Origin: Octopus sinensis
Lineage: Eukaryota
Reading direction: 5' to 3'
DNA length: 64,000 nucleotides
Assembly (NCBI RefSeq): GCF_006345805.1
Contig: NC_043015.1
Span: 2,170,001-2,234,000 of the forward strand
Shown here: positions 1 to 14,135 of the stretch, one piece after another
How the letters are laid out: each line of letters starts with the position of its first letter
How positions within the stretch are numbered: position 1 is the first letter of the stretch
The notes under the pieces: generated by a model
Told to the model about the DNA's origin: nothing
Seen by the model: only the letters and a program-made list of their open reading frames with translations
Databases searched by the model: none
Translations under genes and position numbers: made by a program

Positions 1-352
1 CTACCCTAAGGATCTTCTGTTTCCTCCCTCTGTTTTCACTACAGTAACTACAACTGCATCTGTTCCCACACCACCCCCATTTATATAGTTTTGCGTCGCT
101 GACCTATCCTCCTCCCATCCCTTATGTGGCGACAAGTTTCCAGACTTTGTACTAAGCAATAGAAACGGCCCTTCTTACTTGCTCAGGTTTTCCCTATATT
201 GTATTTTTTGTGCATCTTACAACAGTAAGAGCACAACACCCATTGCAATAATTTCACCAATCGATCATGCATCTAGATACATCTTAAAGAACAAGGAAAT
301 GAAACAATAATATATCTAACCGGAGCTGTTGAGTCGCATACTTTCTCTATGT

Positions 353-491
353 CACGTGTTCAAGCAGTAGGTAGGACGCCATGTTGTCTAAAGGACTTAA
401 TCGACATATCGGATGTCTGTGTATTATCTATGACAAGAAGGAATTGTGAAAGTCCACCGGAAGCAAATTCTATAATAAAATATTGACGTCA
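353..491. promoter_or_regulatory. Candidate promoter-like motif cluster
   Basis: CACGTG 353-358, YY1-like CGCCATGTT 377-385, ETS-like CCGGAAG 457-463 and CRE TGACGTCA 484-491 within 140 bp; no downstream CDS identified. Confidence 0.35.
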
Positions 492-2060
492 GGGGGGTTA
501 TTCTTATTATAGCTATCACTAACAATTCAGCTGCACTTACGTTCTCTTTCTCTGTCCAATTTAGCCATTTATCAATTTATTTAACTGCGTCAAACTCTTC
601 ATCTATTTCTCAGTGTCCGTCTATCGAAAGTGTGTGTGAATGTGAATATGTATCCATAAATTTATCTGCTAGGTCATCTGTCGATATCAGATATATTTTC
701 TCTTCTTGACAAATTAGCATACTTCAATGTATTTGTTTCACTTAATCGCAGCTTCATAGAATTTGTCCACCACTAATCAAATGTAATTCTTGAAATTATA
801 GTTTACAGTCTTTGTGTTTATGTTTCCATGCGTTTATTTTGTATGTCTGTATCTATTTAGATAACTCTGTGCGCTGTACAGCCGATATATAGCTGTATGT
901 GTGTGTGTTTGTGTATGCACGTCTGTGTGTGTGTGTGTGTAGTGAGACAGAGAGGGAAATAAAATGGAGACCACGTGTACATTTCCGTATATATAAGAAT
1001 TCAGCTTTGTACCGAGCCATCTCAATATGAATAAATTTTTATCTTCCTGGTTAAATTTATCGCCTACATATAACTACAGAAATAGCTAGCCACTTGAAGT
1101 AAATTTAACCTAACACATCTTCATTTAAGATCTACTGTCTACTATGTTTAAAGTCGCCTTTTAATTACAATAGGTTTGCTCACGTCTATGTTCATCAACC
1201 TTTCTCCTAATTTAAAATTGGTCTTTCAACCGAGTACGTTATCCAATACAATTCAACGCATTTTGTAAATAAAAGTAACTATAGATGGTTCATTATATAT
1301 TGACGTTGAAACTGTTTAAGACTTAGCTAACAATGGGACCGCCATTTTTCTTCTATTTTTTTCAACAGTCAAGTAGGCTGTTAGTTCGACAATAATCATC
1401 AACCAAAAGAAGTCTAACGTATATCGTTGCATTGCATTGTTTAGTTTTGTTTGAGATCTGAAATACAGCTGCTTTAAATTGAACGATTCATGGATTCAAG
1501 TAGTTTTTCGTCTGTGATTTATTTCGACAGTTGCAATTTCGAGAAGTGTGTGAATAGAACAAAACATCGTGTTCAGAAGCTGTTCAAATTCAGTGTGAAA
1601 TTTAGATTACTATTCGATAAACCATCTTCACCTCTAGACATCTTTCTACTCAAGAACAAAGTTTGCAACGAATAACACAGTGAACTTATTTCGATTTTAT
1701 AAATGAATATATAATTTAATACTTTTGAAATGTGCAAGTACTATGCTAATATTCTTTGCTGTATTCATACCACTTGTTTAAGTATCACTATTCATTCCTC
1801 TAGCAAAATTTTACAAGTAGAGCATTGTGCACAACCAAAGATGTTTGAAAAGATGTTTCTCAGTACTGATCTCTGTTGTTTCATTCAGTAGTTCTATTTA
1901 TAAGCAAGTGGCCGTGTGTTCGATGCCAGTGCGCGGTTTGCTAGGTTACCATCAACCATTATGGAATTAAAAATGTTTCACTTGGAAAGGAAGTTGGTAG
2001 AGAAAGCTATAAACCGCATTGTGATTTATGTTTAAATACAAACACACCCACACATACATA

Positions 2061-2474
2061 TACTTCTTTACTCTTTTACTCGTTTCAGTCATTTGACCGT
2101 GGCCATGCTAGAGCACCGCCTTTAATCGAGCAGATCGACCCCAGGATTTATTCTTTAGAAGCCTACTACTTATTTTATCGGTCTCTTTTGCCGAACTGCT
2201 ATGTTACGGGGATGTAAACACACCACCATCGGTTGTCGAGCGATGTTGGGGGGACAACCACTGACACAAACATACACACACACACTCACACATATATATA
2301 TATATATATTTATATACATATATATGACGGGCTTCTTTCAGTTTCCGTCTATCAAATCCACGCTTTGGTCAGTCGTAGGACATATTAGAAGACATTTCTC
2401 AAGGTGCCACGCAGTGGTAAGGAACACAGAACCGTGTGGTTGGTAAGCAAGCTACTTAACACACAGCCACACCT
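2061..2474 (-). mobile_element. SINE family A (tRNA-derived head, CORE-like segment, central microsatellite)
   Basis: Minus strand reads GTGGCTGTGTGTTAAGTAGCTTGCTTACCAACCAC...CTGCGTGGCACCTTGAG; colinear with the copies at 18.4, 25.0, 34.7 and 57.1 kb. Confidence 0.9.
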
Positions 2475-2750
2475 ATGCCTATATATTTATATATGTTGAG
2501 AAAGAGAGAGAGAGAATGTGTGTGAGAGAGAGAGAGAGGTGGGATAAAACTTTAGTGATAAAGAGACAGAGAGGGAACCAGTATTGGGCTAGAAGTGTAC
2601 TAGTTTGAAGTTACGTAGGAAAATTCATGTAAGTTAAACACCCGCATAACCACGTGTCTGTGTTTGCGGTCAAAAAGATAACAGAAAATAATGCTTTCTA
2701 ATTAAGATACACGGCTAGAAATATTATGTGTGGGATTATCCGTTAATATT

Positions 2751-2940
2751 TATTTCTTTACTACCCACGACGGGTTAAACACGGACAAACAAGGGGGACA
2801 AACAAGGACAGACAAACGGATTAAGTCGATTATATCGACCCCTGTGCGTAACTGGTACTTATTTAATCTACCCCGAAGGGATGAAAGGCAAAGTCGACCT
2901 CGGCAGAATTTGAACTCAGAATGTAGCGCCGTTAATACCG
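2751..2940 (-). mobile_element. SINE family B, headless unit
   Basis: Carries the family core GAGTTCAAATTCTGCCGAGGTCGACTTTGCCTTTCATCC and the end GGTAGTAAAGAAATA on the minus strand. Confidence 0.85.
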
Positions 2941-4188
2941 AGTCCAGTACATGATTGGTGCTTTGCTTCTTCGCGCCTAGAGAGTTGAGAAGCTAATTTG
3001 ACCTAGAGCGGAATTGAACTGAGGACTAAGACGTCGGAAAATGAACACAAAACAGTTTACCGACAATCTAACGCGTCTACTATCCCAGTGACCTAAAATA
3101 ACAGAAAATATTTTTTTAAAAATCAGTATTCAAGAAGGTCCTACTACATTTTTTGACTGAAAGCGTGCTGACTGGGTCTGTTTTGACAGTCGTTCAGTGT
3201 ATCGGCGGTCGATAAAATAAATCACATCATGTATTGAGATTGATTCCTCCAAACATTCCACTCCAATACAGACGTTTGAACTTATTCCAATATAAGAATT
3301 CTTTGGAGATCGAATATTGATATAGCGTCGAACGAACAAGTTTCTTGTGTTGTTTTGTTACGCGAATTTACTTCAGAGAGTTTAAATATTGTTGATATAT
3401 GTTGAAACATATTGAGCGAACTAAAATTATTACCGCAGCAAGCAATATGTTTTTGCCAATGTGATAAATCATAAATTTCTTTGATGACTGTATCAACTCT
3501 CTTCAACGCTTTAATGATAAAAATTCTGAATTAAAATTAACAATTCTGATGCTATTATTTGAACGAGAATAAAAATGGTATAACTGTATTTAAGGTGTTT
3601 ATAAATTGATCGAATCGTGTCGTGTTGGACATAGATTCGAAAGAGTCACGCACATCGCAATGTTGGTTAGGGTAGAGTTAGAAGCAATGATGTAAAGTGT
3701 AACGGAAAATTCCTATTCATAATTTTAGCTACCATTGGATAATCTCCGAATGCGCAGAAAGTTATTTTCTGTGTCAAATACGTGTGTTCTACACGGAATA
3801 TATATCTTAATATATTTCCTAGCAAAACACTGGAACCGGATGCAATGCAAGCAGCAAGGGATATATTTGGAAGTTGTATTCTAACAGAACGGAATGTAAT
3901 AAGTATGGCCAGATGAAATTTGTACAAGTTTTGAGAGGAACATGTGTATCACGAGCAGAATTAAACATGTCGACATATTAGAGGACAGTTATTAAAAAAA
4001 TCAAAAACATAAAAAAGAAGAAACAGTAAACTTTATATATTGATACAAATCGTCGCTAAAATTTCTGTAATAAAAATTAGTACATACGATCCGATGTGCA
4101 TGTGAATTGCAACGCATAACGAACTATTCCTAAGCAGCAGCAGCCGATATAAAATACTTGTTCTCTGTGAATCAGACCCGTGATGTCA

Positions 4189-4850
4189 ATATTTGATAAA
4201 TGCCCAGATAATTTTAACTGACTGCTCAATTGTATATAACATGAATAAGTTATATGTGATATTAAAAAGTTGAGGAATAAAAAGGAAATGAAATTAAATA
4301 TGCCAGTTTTCATTCCGTTAACCCTTTAGTGTTCAGATTACTCTGTTAAATGTAATACATTTTCACTCAAATTGTTTTTAATTAATCATGCATTATCTTA
4401 TAGCTTTGAGGTTTCAATGACGTGATTGTTTATTTTTAGAATGTCAATGTAGGTTAGGTGTGAGAAGCTAGATATCACCAGTTTGAATATAAAACAATGT
4501 AGAATATCTGGGCCAGATATGGCCAGTTTAAACACTAATGGGTTAATCATACTTCCTTCACAATGTTTCTAGCTGTATGTATGACTATATACATACATGC
4601 ATACGAACACACACGCGCACACACATACACACACACACACACACACATTCGTATATGTTGAAGCAGAAACATATAATGAAGAAGCAAAATATGTTATAAA
4701 TTCTAGAACATTTAATTTATTATATAAGCGCTAGTACAAAATAGTTGAGTACAGTTTCTTCCAGCTGCTCGAATAGATATCACATATAACTTATTCATGT
4801 TACACACAATTGGGCAGTCAATTGAAATTATCTGGGCATTTATCAAATAT
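4189..4850. repeat. 74 bp inverted repeat pair (possible TIRs of an old DNA element)
   Basis: 4189-4262 is the reverse complement of 4777-4850 with about 5 mismatches. Confidence 0.85.
4322..4542. mobile_element. piggyBac-type MITE, 221 bp
   Basis: TTAA at 4318-4321 and 4543-4546 flank TIRs CCCTTTAGTGTT / AACACTAATGGG. Confidence 0.85.
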
Positions 4851-5489
4851 GTTATTGAATAAAGAATTCCCTGTAACCTAAGTATGCCCTCATTGGGGAG
4901 AGAGGAATAAGAATATAAATTGATATGTAGAATATCCTTAATGGAGGCTATCATTAATTACCAGTTCTTTGCTTATACATCTATATGCATGTATCTACAC
5001 ACTGACATACACATACATGCATACCTACGTACAGAAATGTATACATACGTACGTAGGTACGTATATAAATACATACATGCAGGCATGCTTGCACACATGC
5101 ATGATACTGCAGCTAAGACACAGTATGATAAAATCCGTTGGAAAGATAGACCCGACACAGAAAAAAATAAGAATGGTAGAAGCCATAGCCAGAAGTAATA
5201 AAAAAGTGCTGGTGGAATGTAAAAATCTGTTTCGACGACTACAGATCCAAGTCAAAACTGGAACAGTAAATATGTATAAAATTTCTAGAAGTTTATCATT
5301 TAAGTATATATAAGCATGTCTAGACATGCAACTCAATGTATGAGAATTCATACATAAAACAAAACATAAAAATAGTGCATATACATGCATACAAATATAG
5401 CGTATTGGTGTTGTTGAAATTCCAATGAAGGTGACTCAGATCTAGTTTAGAAACCGGTTCTTTCTTTACTGGTAAGAAATCTTGAAATA

Positions 5490-5565
5490 AAACTGAATAT
5501 TGCCATATATATATATACATATGCATATATATATACATACATACATGCATACATACATACATATA

Positions 5566-5605
<40 letters not shown>

Positions 5606-5969
5606 CTATACATACATTCATACAGGCGTCCACATATTCATACATACACATAATGTAGCGACAAATACTAACTGTAAATTTTAACAAAAATAAAAAAAAA
5701 CATTAACAATATTACCATCTGTAAATATTGTATGGCGCCACACGAATGACCATATCTATATACACGAACTAATATATATTCGGGAGTGTGTGTGACTATG
5801 TATATAACTCTACATAAATATATTCATAATTACATGAGAAACAATTCATGTTAAATATGAATATCCAATGATAAATTAAATGTTATCATAGTATATTTTA
5901 TTTCTCTGTTTATAATTTTATATGTGCATACATATACATACATACACACACACGCACACACACAAAAAG

Positions 5970-6000
<31 letters not shown>

Positions 6001-6165
6001 TTATATACATATATATGTACGAACCACTCTTTCTTTGTCTCCTTCTCTCTCTCTCTAATATATATGTATATATATGTATATATATATATACATATATATA
6101 TATACATATATATATATGCATATATATATATATGTACATATATATATATATATATACATATATAG

Positions 6166-6196
<31 letters not shown>

Positions 6197-6278
6197 CACC
6201 CACTATATATATACATATATATATATATACATATATACATACATATGTATATACATATATATACATTTATATACATAC

Positions 6279-6353
<75 letters not shown>

Positions 6354-6367
6354 ATACATATATATAT

Positions 6368-6446
<79 letters not shown>

Positions 6447-6455
6447 CATATATAT
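5490..6455. repeat. Compound (TA)n/(CA)n/(TACA)n microsatellite region
   Basis: Direct inspection; source of the YIYIY ORFs. Confidence 0.95.
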
Positions 6456-7009
6456 AAGAGAAGATCACTTTTCTCCTACTTGAATTTCTTAATTACTATA
6501 ATATATCGGATTATATTGGAAACAAAATTCAATACTTATAGGTGTACCAATGAGACAAATCTATACTATTAGAAGCTAGATGCTTGTCACTTGTTTTCAA
6601 TTCAATATATATGTTTATGTGTTTCCAAGTAGTATGAGTTTCAGGAATTTTTTCGTACCTGGCTATTTGCATCACATATTATCATATATGGAGATCCACT
6701 CGAATATGCATACACTTATACAGATATAATACGGCAATTTTGCACACAGGCACGTTTTACTAAATATGCATTATTATATTTATATATCATATTCACGCAC
6801 ACACATGCATACACAGCTCTATGCATACGCATTTGCTTAGGAGAATGTACATACAATGTATGGGAGAACGAATGTCATACCCATCTTCATATGCTGAAGC
6901 ATATGAAGGAATAAAAGAATATAGGCAAATATATCTGTAACTAAATACGTTCATATCTATACTCACTTATATATCTATATCTGTCTCAATCCCTCTCTCT
7001 CTTTCTCTG

Positions 7010-7481
<472 letters not shown>

Positions 7482-7726
7482 GTGAGAGAGAGAGAGCGAT
7501 AGAATATGGCGGATTAGTTCTCTGCTGATTTAAGCGAATCGGTAGGCTGGTTAAACGCTGTAACGGATGATGAGGGCTCCAAGCTCGTACCTGAGACAGG
7601 ATCTATGGAACCTATCCATTTTAGGTTTCCGGTTTAGCGGATATATGTTTGTAAAAGAGGAGAACAAACGCTGAGTCATTGCACTTATTAAATAATTCCT
7701 CTCACCGCTATAGCGGCTTTACCATT

Positions 7727-8365
7727 AATTTTAAGCAAAGCTATTCTGCACATTTAAACTCATCTAAAAATTGAGAGCATAGCAATTCCACATCCCTAGC
7801 CAGCCACATATACCATCTAATTAATAGGAAAATACAGCATAGATTCTGACATCTCATATCAGGGCCAGCACTTCACATGTGGAGTCCCTCCATATATTAA
7901 CTCATAACTCACCTCAATTACGCAACAAACAAAAGGAACCATTCACAATTTCTAAACAAATTTTCCCTCACGTTTAAATTTCTGCTTAAGTCGAAGTGCA
8001 AACTTATCCCTCACACATAACGCTTACTTTATACATTTTTACCAAAATATTGCCTAGATATTTATGGTCACACTTCGCCGTAACACTGCCTGGATTTACC
8101 TTGGATTTACCTGAAGATGTTCTGACTAATATACATACCCCCTGAATAATGAACTTTGAACATTATTTCCTTATTTCATTACTCTCTACTCTTCAATTTC
8201 ATTGCATATTACCTGTGAAGTTTCGATGTCTAATCATTTGTCTCAAACATTCCATTCCTGAATGGTTCATATGTTATATACTTGCCTCTGCTGACGGAAT
8301 ACCACATAATTCAGGCGCATTCACCTATCACTTGGGATATCCCAGAAACAGCTGTAAGACCTCAA
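7727..8365 (+). mobile_element. Penelope-like element remnant (GIY-YIG C-terminal part plus 3' region)
   Basis: Frame from 7727 reads NFKQSYSAHLNSSKN*EHSNSTSLASHIYHLINRKIQHRF, matching the PLE endonuclease pattern FKxRYxxHxxS...xxSTxLSxHIWxL. Confidence 0.65.
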
Positions 8366-8527
8366 CTTCTGTAAGAATAATATACAATAATGTACATGAC
8401 TTTAGATTCTAATTATGCAACGTCGTTTGCTGTCCTCTTTCATATATATATATAATGTTATGAGGGAATATTATTCCAAACTTACAGGGAAAAATTCAGT
8501 TTAGAAATACTAAATCAAATTCACACA

Positions 8528-8573
<46 letters not shown>

Positions 8574-8612
8574 ATAGAATTATATATAGTGTGTGATTTG
8601 TGTGTGGTATAG

Positions 8613-8910
8613 ATTTATATTTTCCAAAAACTACATATAGATAATGTATATGCATGTGCGTGTGTCTGTTTGCGGTGTTTACGCGTGGGTGTCAATGAGT
8701 TTGTGCTTGTCCCACATCACAGTTTGTCAAGATCTGGGTTTGGTGCGTGTTCTCCCCTACTTTCGTAATTCGGTTAAAATGACTGGCATTCCGAGTGTGT
8801 GGGCTTCGATAATACTTGGGCCGATTTTTTGACTTCAATTCTTCAAAGCATTGCACGGGCCTTTTACAGTTTAGTGACTTTGAAAGTAAAAGTTAGACTA
8901 ATGTAAAATT

Positions 8911-8972
<62 letters not shown>

Positions 8973-9065
8973 ATCTATCTATCTATCTATCTATCTACTA
9001 TATATCTACCTTTTTGTCTATTCTTACCTTCTGTGTGTGTGTATGTATGTATCTATATATGCATC

Positions 9066-9100
<35 letters not shown>

Positions 9101-9404
9101 ATATATTTATATTTTCCAAAAACTACATATAGATAATGTATATGCATGTGCGTGTGTCTGTTTGAGCGTGTTTACGCGTGGGTGTCAATGAGTTTGTGCT
9201 TGTCCCCCATCACAGTTTGTCAAGATCTGGGTTTGGTGCGTGTTCTCCCCTACTTTCGTAATTCGGTTAAAATGACTGGCATTCCGAGTGTGTGGGCTTC
9301 GATAATACTGGGGCCGATTTTTTGACTTCAATTCTTCAAAGCATTGCACGGGCCTTTTTACAGTTTAGTGACTTTGAAAAGTAAAAGTTAGACTAATGTA
9401 AAAT

Positions 9405-9488
<84 letters not shown>

Positions 9489-9551
9489 ATATCTACCTTT
9501 TTGTCTATTTCTTACCTTCTGTGTGTGTATGTATGTATCTATATATGCATC

Positions 9552-9595
<44 letters not shown>
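8613..9595 (+). repeat. Near-identical ~490 bp tandem duplication
   Basis: 8613-9104 repeats at 9105-9595, including its TATC array. Confidence 0.95.
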
Positions 9596-9598
<3 letters not shown>

Positions 9599-9604
9599 CC
9601 ACTA

Positions 9605-9881
9605 GGCGCAATTGCCTAGTCGTTAGGGGAGCGGACTCGCGGTCGCAGGACGCGGTTTCGATTCCCAGACCGGGCGTTGTGTGTGTTTATTGAGCGAAAA
9701 CACCTAAAATCTCCACGAGGCTCCGGTAGGGGATGGTGATCCCTTTGTACTCTTTCTCCCACTCTTTCTTCTGTTGCCCTGCTCGCTTAGCCAGCGGGGT
9801 GGCGTCATTCGCAGGCTAAAACATTGTGACCAGCGATGTGTAACAACATCTGATGGTCTGGCCGGTCACGTGATCACGTGA
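9605..9881 (+). mobile_element. SINE family C (tRNA-derived head)
   Basis: A-box-like TGCCTAGTCGTTAG, B-box-like GGTTTCGATTCCC, GC-rich body ending GTCACGTGATCACGTGA then (TA)n. Confidence 0.85.
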
Positions 9882-9973
9882 TATATATATATATGTATGT
9901 TATTTTTTTTGTGTGAGTGAATATATATATATATATATGTACGTATAAATATATATATATATATATATATATC

Positions 9974-10037
<64 letters not shown>

Positions 10038-10325
10038 CGTGAGTGTGTGTATTATACCTATATATTTCTCTGTGTATGCGTATGAATAAATAAGCTTCAC
10101 TCCTGTTCATACTCAGTGTAAAGAATATAATGTGTATTGCGCTGAAGCTGAAAGAAACCTAGAAAAATATATTGGTTCAATAAAAATTCTGTTCTGCATT
10201 ACAAGCTTTATATATTTTTTTTTAACAATAATTCGATATTCGAAATTGCCCACGTTCCTCAACAAAAGCCCTTAAATTTTAGTTTATAGCTCATTCATTA
10301 AATCTAGTTTTTCTAAATGCTTTTC

Positions 10326-10376
<51 letters not shown>

Positions 10377-10469
10377 TTGCGATGTTATTTTCTGTCGTAT
10401 TTTTAAAGATATTTTCCCAGATATTCTCATATTCATAATTCTTCTCTTCTTTTATTTATTTCACTGAAA

Positions 10470-10690
10470 TGAATAGTAATAACAACAACAATAACGACAA
10501 AAGCAACCATAATAATAATAGCAATAATAATAATAATCTCGTTTATAACAGTAATGATGATGACGAATGTGATGATGATAAGGATGATGATGATGTTGAT
10601 GATCATGATCATGATGATGTTGATGATGATAAGGATAATGATGATGATGGTGATGATGATGATAAAAATAATACTATTAATAATAATGTT
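10470..10690. repeat. (AAT)n/(GAT)n trinucleotide region
   Basis: Direct inspection; gives the poly-N/D ORF. Confidence 0.9.
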
Positions 10691-11279
10691 TCTTTCCTTA
10701 AAATAAAATTTAGGTTATAATATTGGGATATGAAAAAAAATCTTTAAAAATCTTTTTATAAAATAAAGCTGCAATTTTATATAGTAAAGTGCTGTGAATC
10801 ATAAATCAAATGCTGGGAGTATTGGCATATTGAAATTGATATAGTAGAAGTTTGTGATAATATAAAATGGGTTTCACTGCCTATTTAAATTGTCAGGCAT
10901 AAAGGAACACATCAATAATGAAAGCAGCTTAAATATTTTTCCTTTGTTCGTGGAAACATTACTGTATTTTATAACTAATAAAAAAACGCGAAACCCATGA
11001 AAAGTTCTTACCCTTATTTGAATAAGTATTTTGTTGAAGGCTATATATTATTTATACTGACGTAAGCTTTCAGGAAAAAAAAGGTAAAATTGGCAAAAAA
11101 AGAAGAAAAAATATAAATAAAAGGAATCAATTGGTATGATCATTTCCTGTTAACTTACTTATTTCTAATCCATGATTTAGCCTCTTACATTGCACGTTTT
11201 TTACTTCTGACTACGCATATATTCCGAACGCACTCACACCCCAAACATACCTAATACACAAAAGTGATTTTACATACAT

Positions 11280-11630
<351 letters not shown>

Positions 11631-12387
11631 CACATTGAAAACAATGTAAATATGAATTATCAGCAATATATTCAGGGATATTCTAATATTGGTCATTATA
11701 TGAAATAAATTTTAAGACATTGTCACACAAACGAATATAATTTTCTCTGTATCATTAATATGTTTGTTTGTGTTTGAGAGCGTATAATGTGAACGTGTAG
11801 GTGTATGCGTGCCCTCATACGTGTATGTGTGGAAAGATGTGTATGCGTGTGAGTGTATGTGCAAGCGCGTGTTTACAATTGATGTTTATTTGAAAGGGTC
11901 TCGTACTGGAAGAATATACGTTGATTCAAAAAACATGAGTCACGGATATCCTTCCAGCTTTGTGTGTTTCTACGTTCTATACATGCGGAGGTAAATGCAT
12001 TTGGTTTCGGGAAAATAGTATTTCTATGAAAGATTAGAGTCGATGAAATCGACCCACGTGATCCATCTAACGTATCAAATTTGGACCATAGACCGCAGGA
12101 CACCGAAAGAAAATGTTTTGCGATAATTCTTCTGTTTTGAACCGTTCTTATTCCACATCCAGTGATTCCTGTTTATCATACTACATCATTTTACAGTAAA
12201 GCATTAACCAATCAGCTAAGTTAATGAATTGATGATATCGACTACAAGAATCTCACGAATTCCGGGCATTGTGAATATGCCTGAAAATATTTTATCCAAA
12301 ATCCGCAAGAGGCAATACCAAAGGACGTTCGGAGAAGTCCCTTGCAATATCTTTTACCCATCGAGCGTCGAGGTGCAAGGGTTATTA

Positions 12388-12490
12388 CCACGCCTCAGAA
12401 AATGCTTAACAGTATTTCATCTATCTCTATATCCTCAGTTCAAATTTCCCTAAGGTCAACTTAACTTTCATCCTTTCGGAGTTGATAAAA
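12388..12490 (+). mobile_element. Decayed SINE family B fragment
   Basis: AAATGCTTAACAGTATTTC...TCAGTTCAAATTTCCCTAAGGTCAACTTAACTTTCATCCTTTCGGAGTTGATAAAA. Confidence 0.6.
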
Positions 12491-13868
12491 GAAATAGCGG
12501 CTGAGCAAGGGGGTCAATGTAATCGGCTTTGCTCCTTCTGCGATATCGTTGGCCTTGTGCCGAAATTTAAAACCATTATTTCCAGAGTTATTTTTACTGA
12601 AATTTCGATAGCACTCTTCATCTCTGTACTCTCAAAGATAGTTGAAATATTTTAAGTCATCTACATTGGTAAAGGATATAGCTGGGAGTATCACAGTTGT
12701 ACTACATTTGGCTATATCACTTGAGTTACAGCGTGTAAATAGTCTCTTCAGCAGAGATATTTATTCATAAGAACAGTAGATGGGGCACAATACATTACTC
12801 ACTTTCGTCAGTTACTGTTCAGATATAAGTTTGCAGCTACATCTTACGTATGACTATAGTAAAGGCGTGTCTTATGGACTTTTGTCTTTTAGAGGATATA
12901 AGAGAGAGAGAGAGAGACTATACGTAATAAGTATTCACTAAATAGTTGGTATTATACATAGGTTGTTTTAAAAGTACCTTTGTATACGGAAGATGTTTAA
13001 ATTTTTGATGACATATAGGTTATTGCCATGTGTTTCCCAACGAACATATTGGGGTTTGCCGTATATATATAAAACAAATTCACAACGATTGGGATGGGAG
13101 ATAAATTGCAAAGCCAATTTAGCAGTTGGAAACCGTAAAGCTGAGACTAGAACAGAAATAACATCACAATTATTTTTTAAAATTGTTTATGAAAAATATC
13201 AATTTTGATTCATGACAAAATTCATCATCGAACTAATTTTTTCTTTTTTTTGGCGCATTTACTACTAAAATGCAGTGATGAAATAAAGTGTGATTTGAAT
13301 GCTTAATAGCATGGAAGGTGTTATGAAATAATTTTCGTCTATCAAAATGATTAACGTATAGTGATTTTCACAAAAAACTATAATTGGTAACGAAATGTTA
13401 TAAGTTACAGAACCTTATCGACATTCATATCGAATCCAACTCCAACCATTTCACATGCACATTATATGTAGACGTAGTGTGTGTGTGGCATATAGAGATA
13501 TATACGTATATATACATACACACACACACATATATATTATTATATAATATATATATGTAATATATTATTATATATATATATATTATATATTATATCTATA
13601 TGTATATGTACGTATGTACATATATGTATATATATATTATATATATATATATATAACATATAATATGTATATATCATACACATATTATATACATACAACC
13701 AGATTCATATATATTCATATATAAATGTGTATATAGGTATGTATCTCTCTTCTCTCTCTCTCTCTCTCTCTCCCTCTGTATATATATATATAGATATATA
13801 GTGAGAAAAACGTCTCCAGAATTTTAGAAAGATACTTTTATTTATTCTTTATCTTTAGCGCAATTTCC

Positions 13869-14062
13869 TTTCTCGAATCTGTCAAATAGAATTTTGTGAA
13901 TGTAGAAACAGCTTGTTCATTTATATAAAACAAATTTTTATCGGCTGTTTGTTTATTAAAGGAGACCATTTACTTTGTTATTTTTGGGAGGATATGAAGT
14001 TCCATGACAATGGCGACAGATAGATAGAAAGAAAGGCATGTAGATAGGTTGATAGCTATATG

Positions 14063-14135
<73 letters not shown>

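Noticed and set aside
7505-7640. ATGGCG start with a protein-like frame
   Set aside because: In-frame TAG at codon 4; probably part of a dispersed repeat.
9605-9676. tRNA-like sequence
   Set aside because: No clean cloverleaf; continues into a SINE body and tail.
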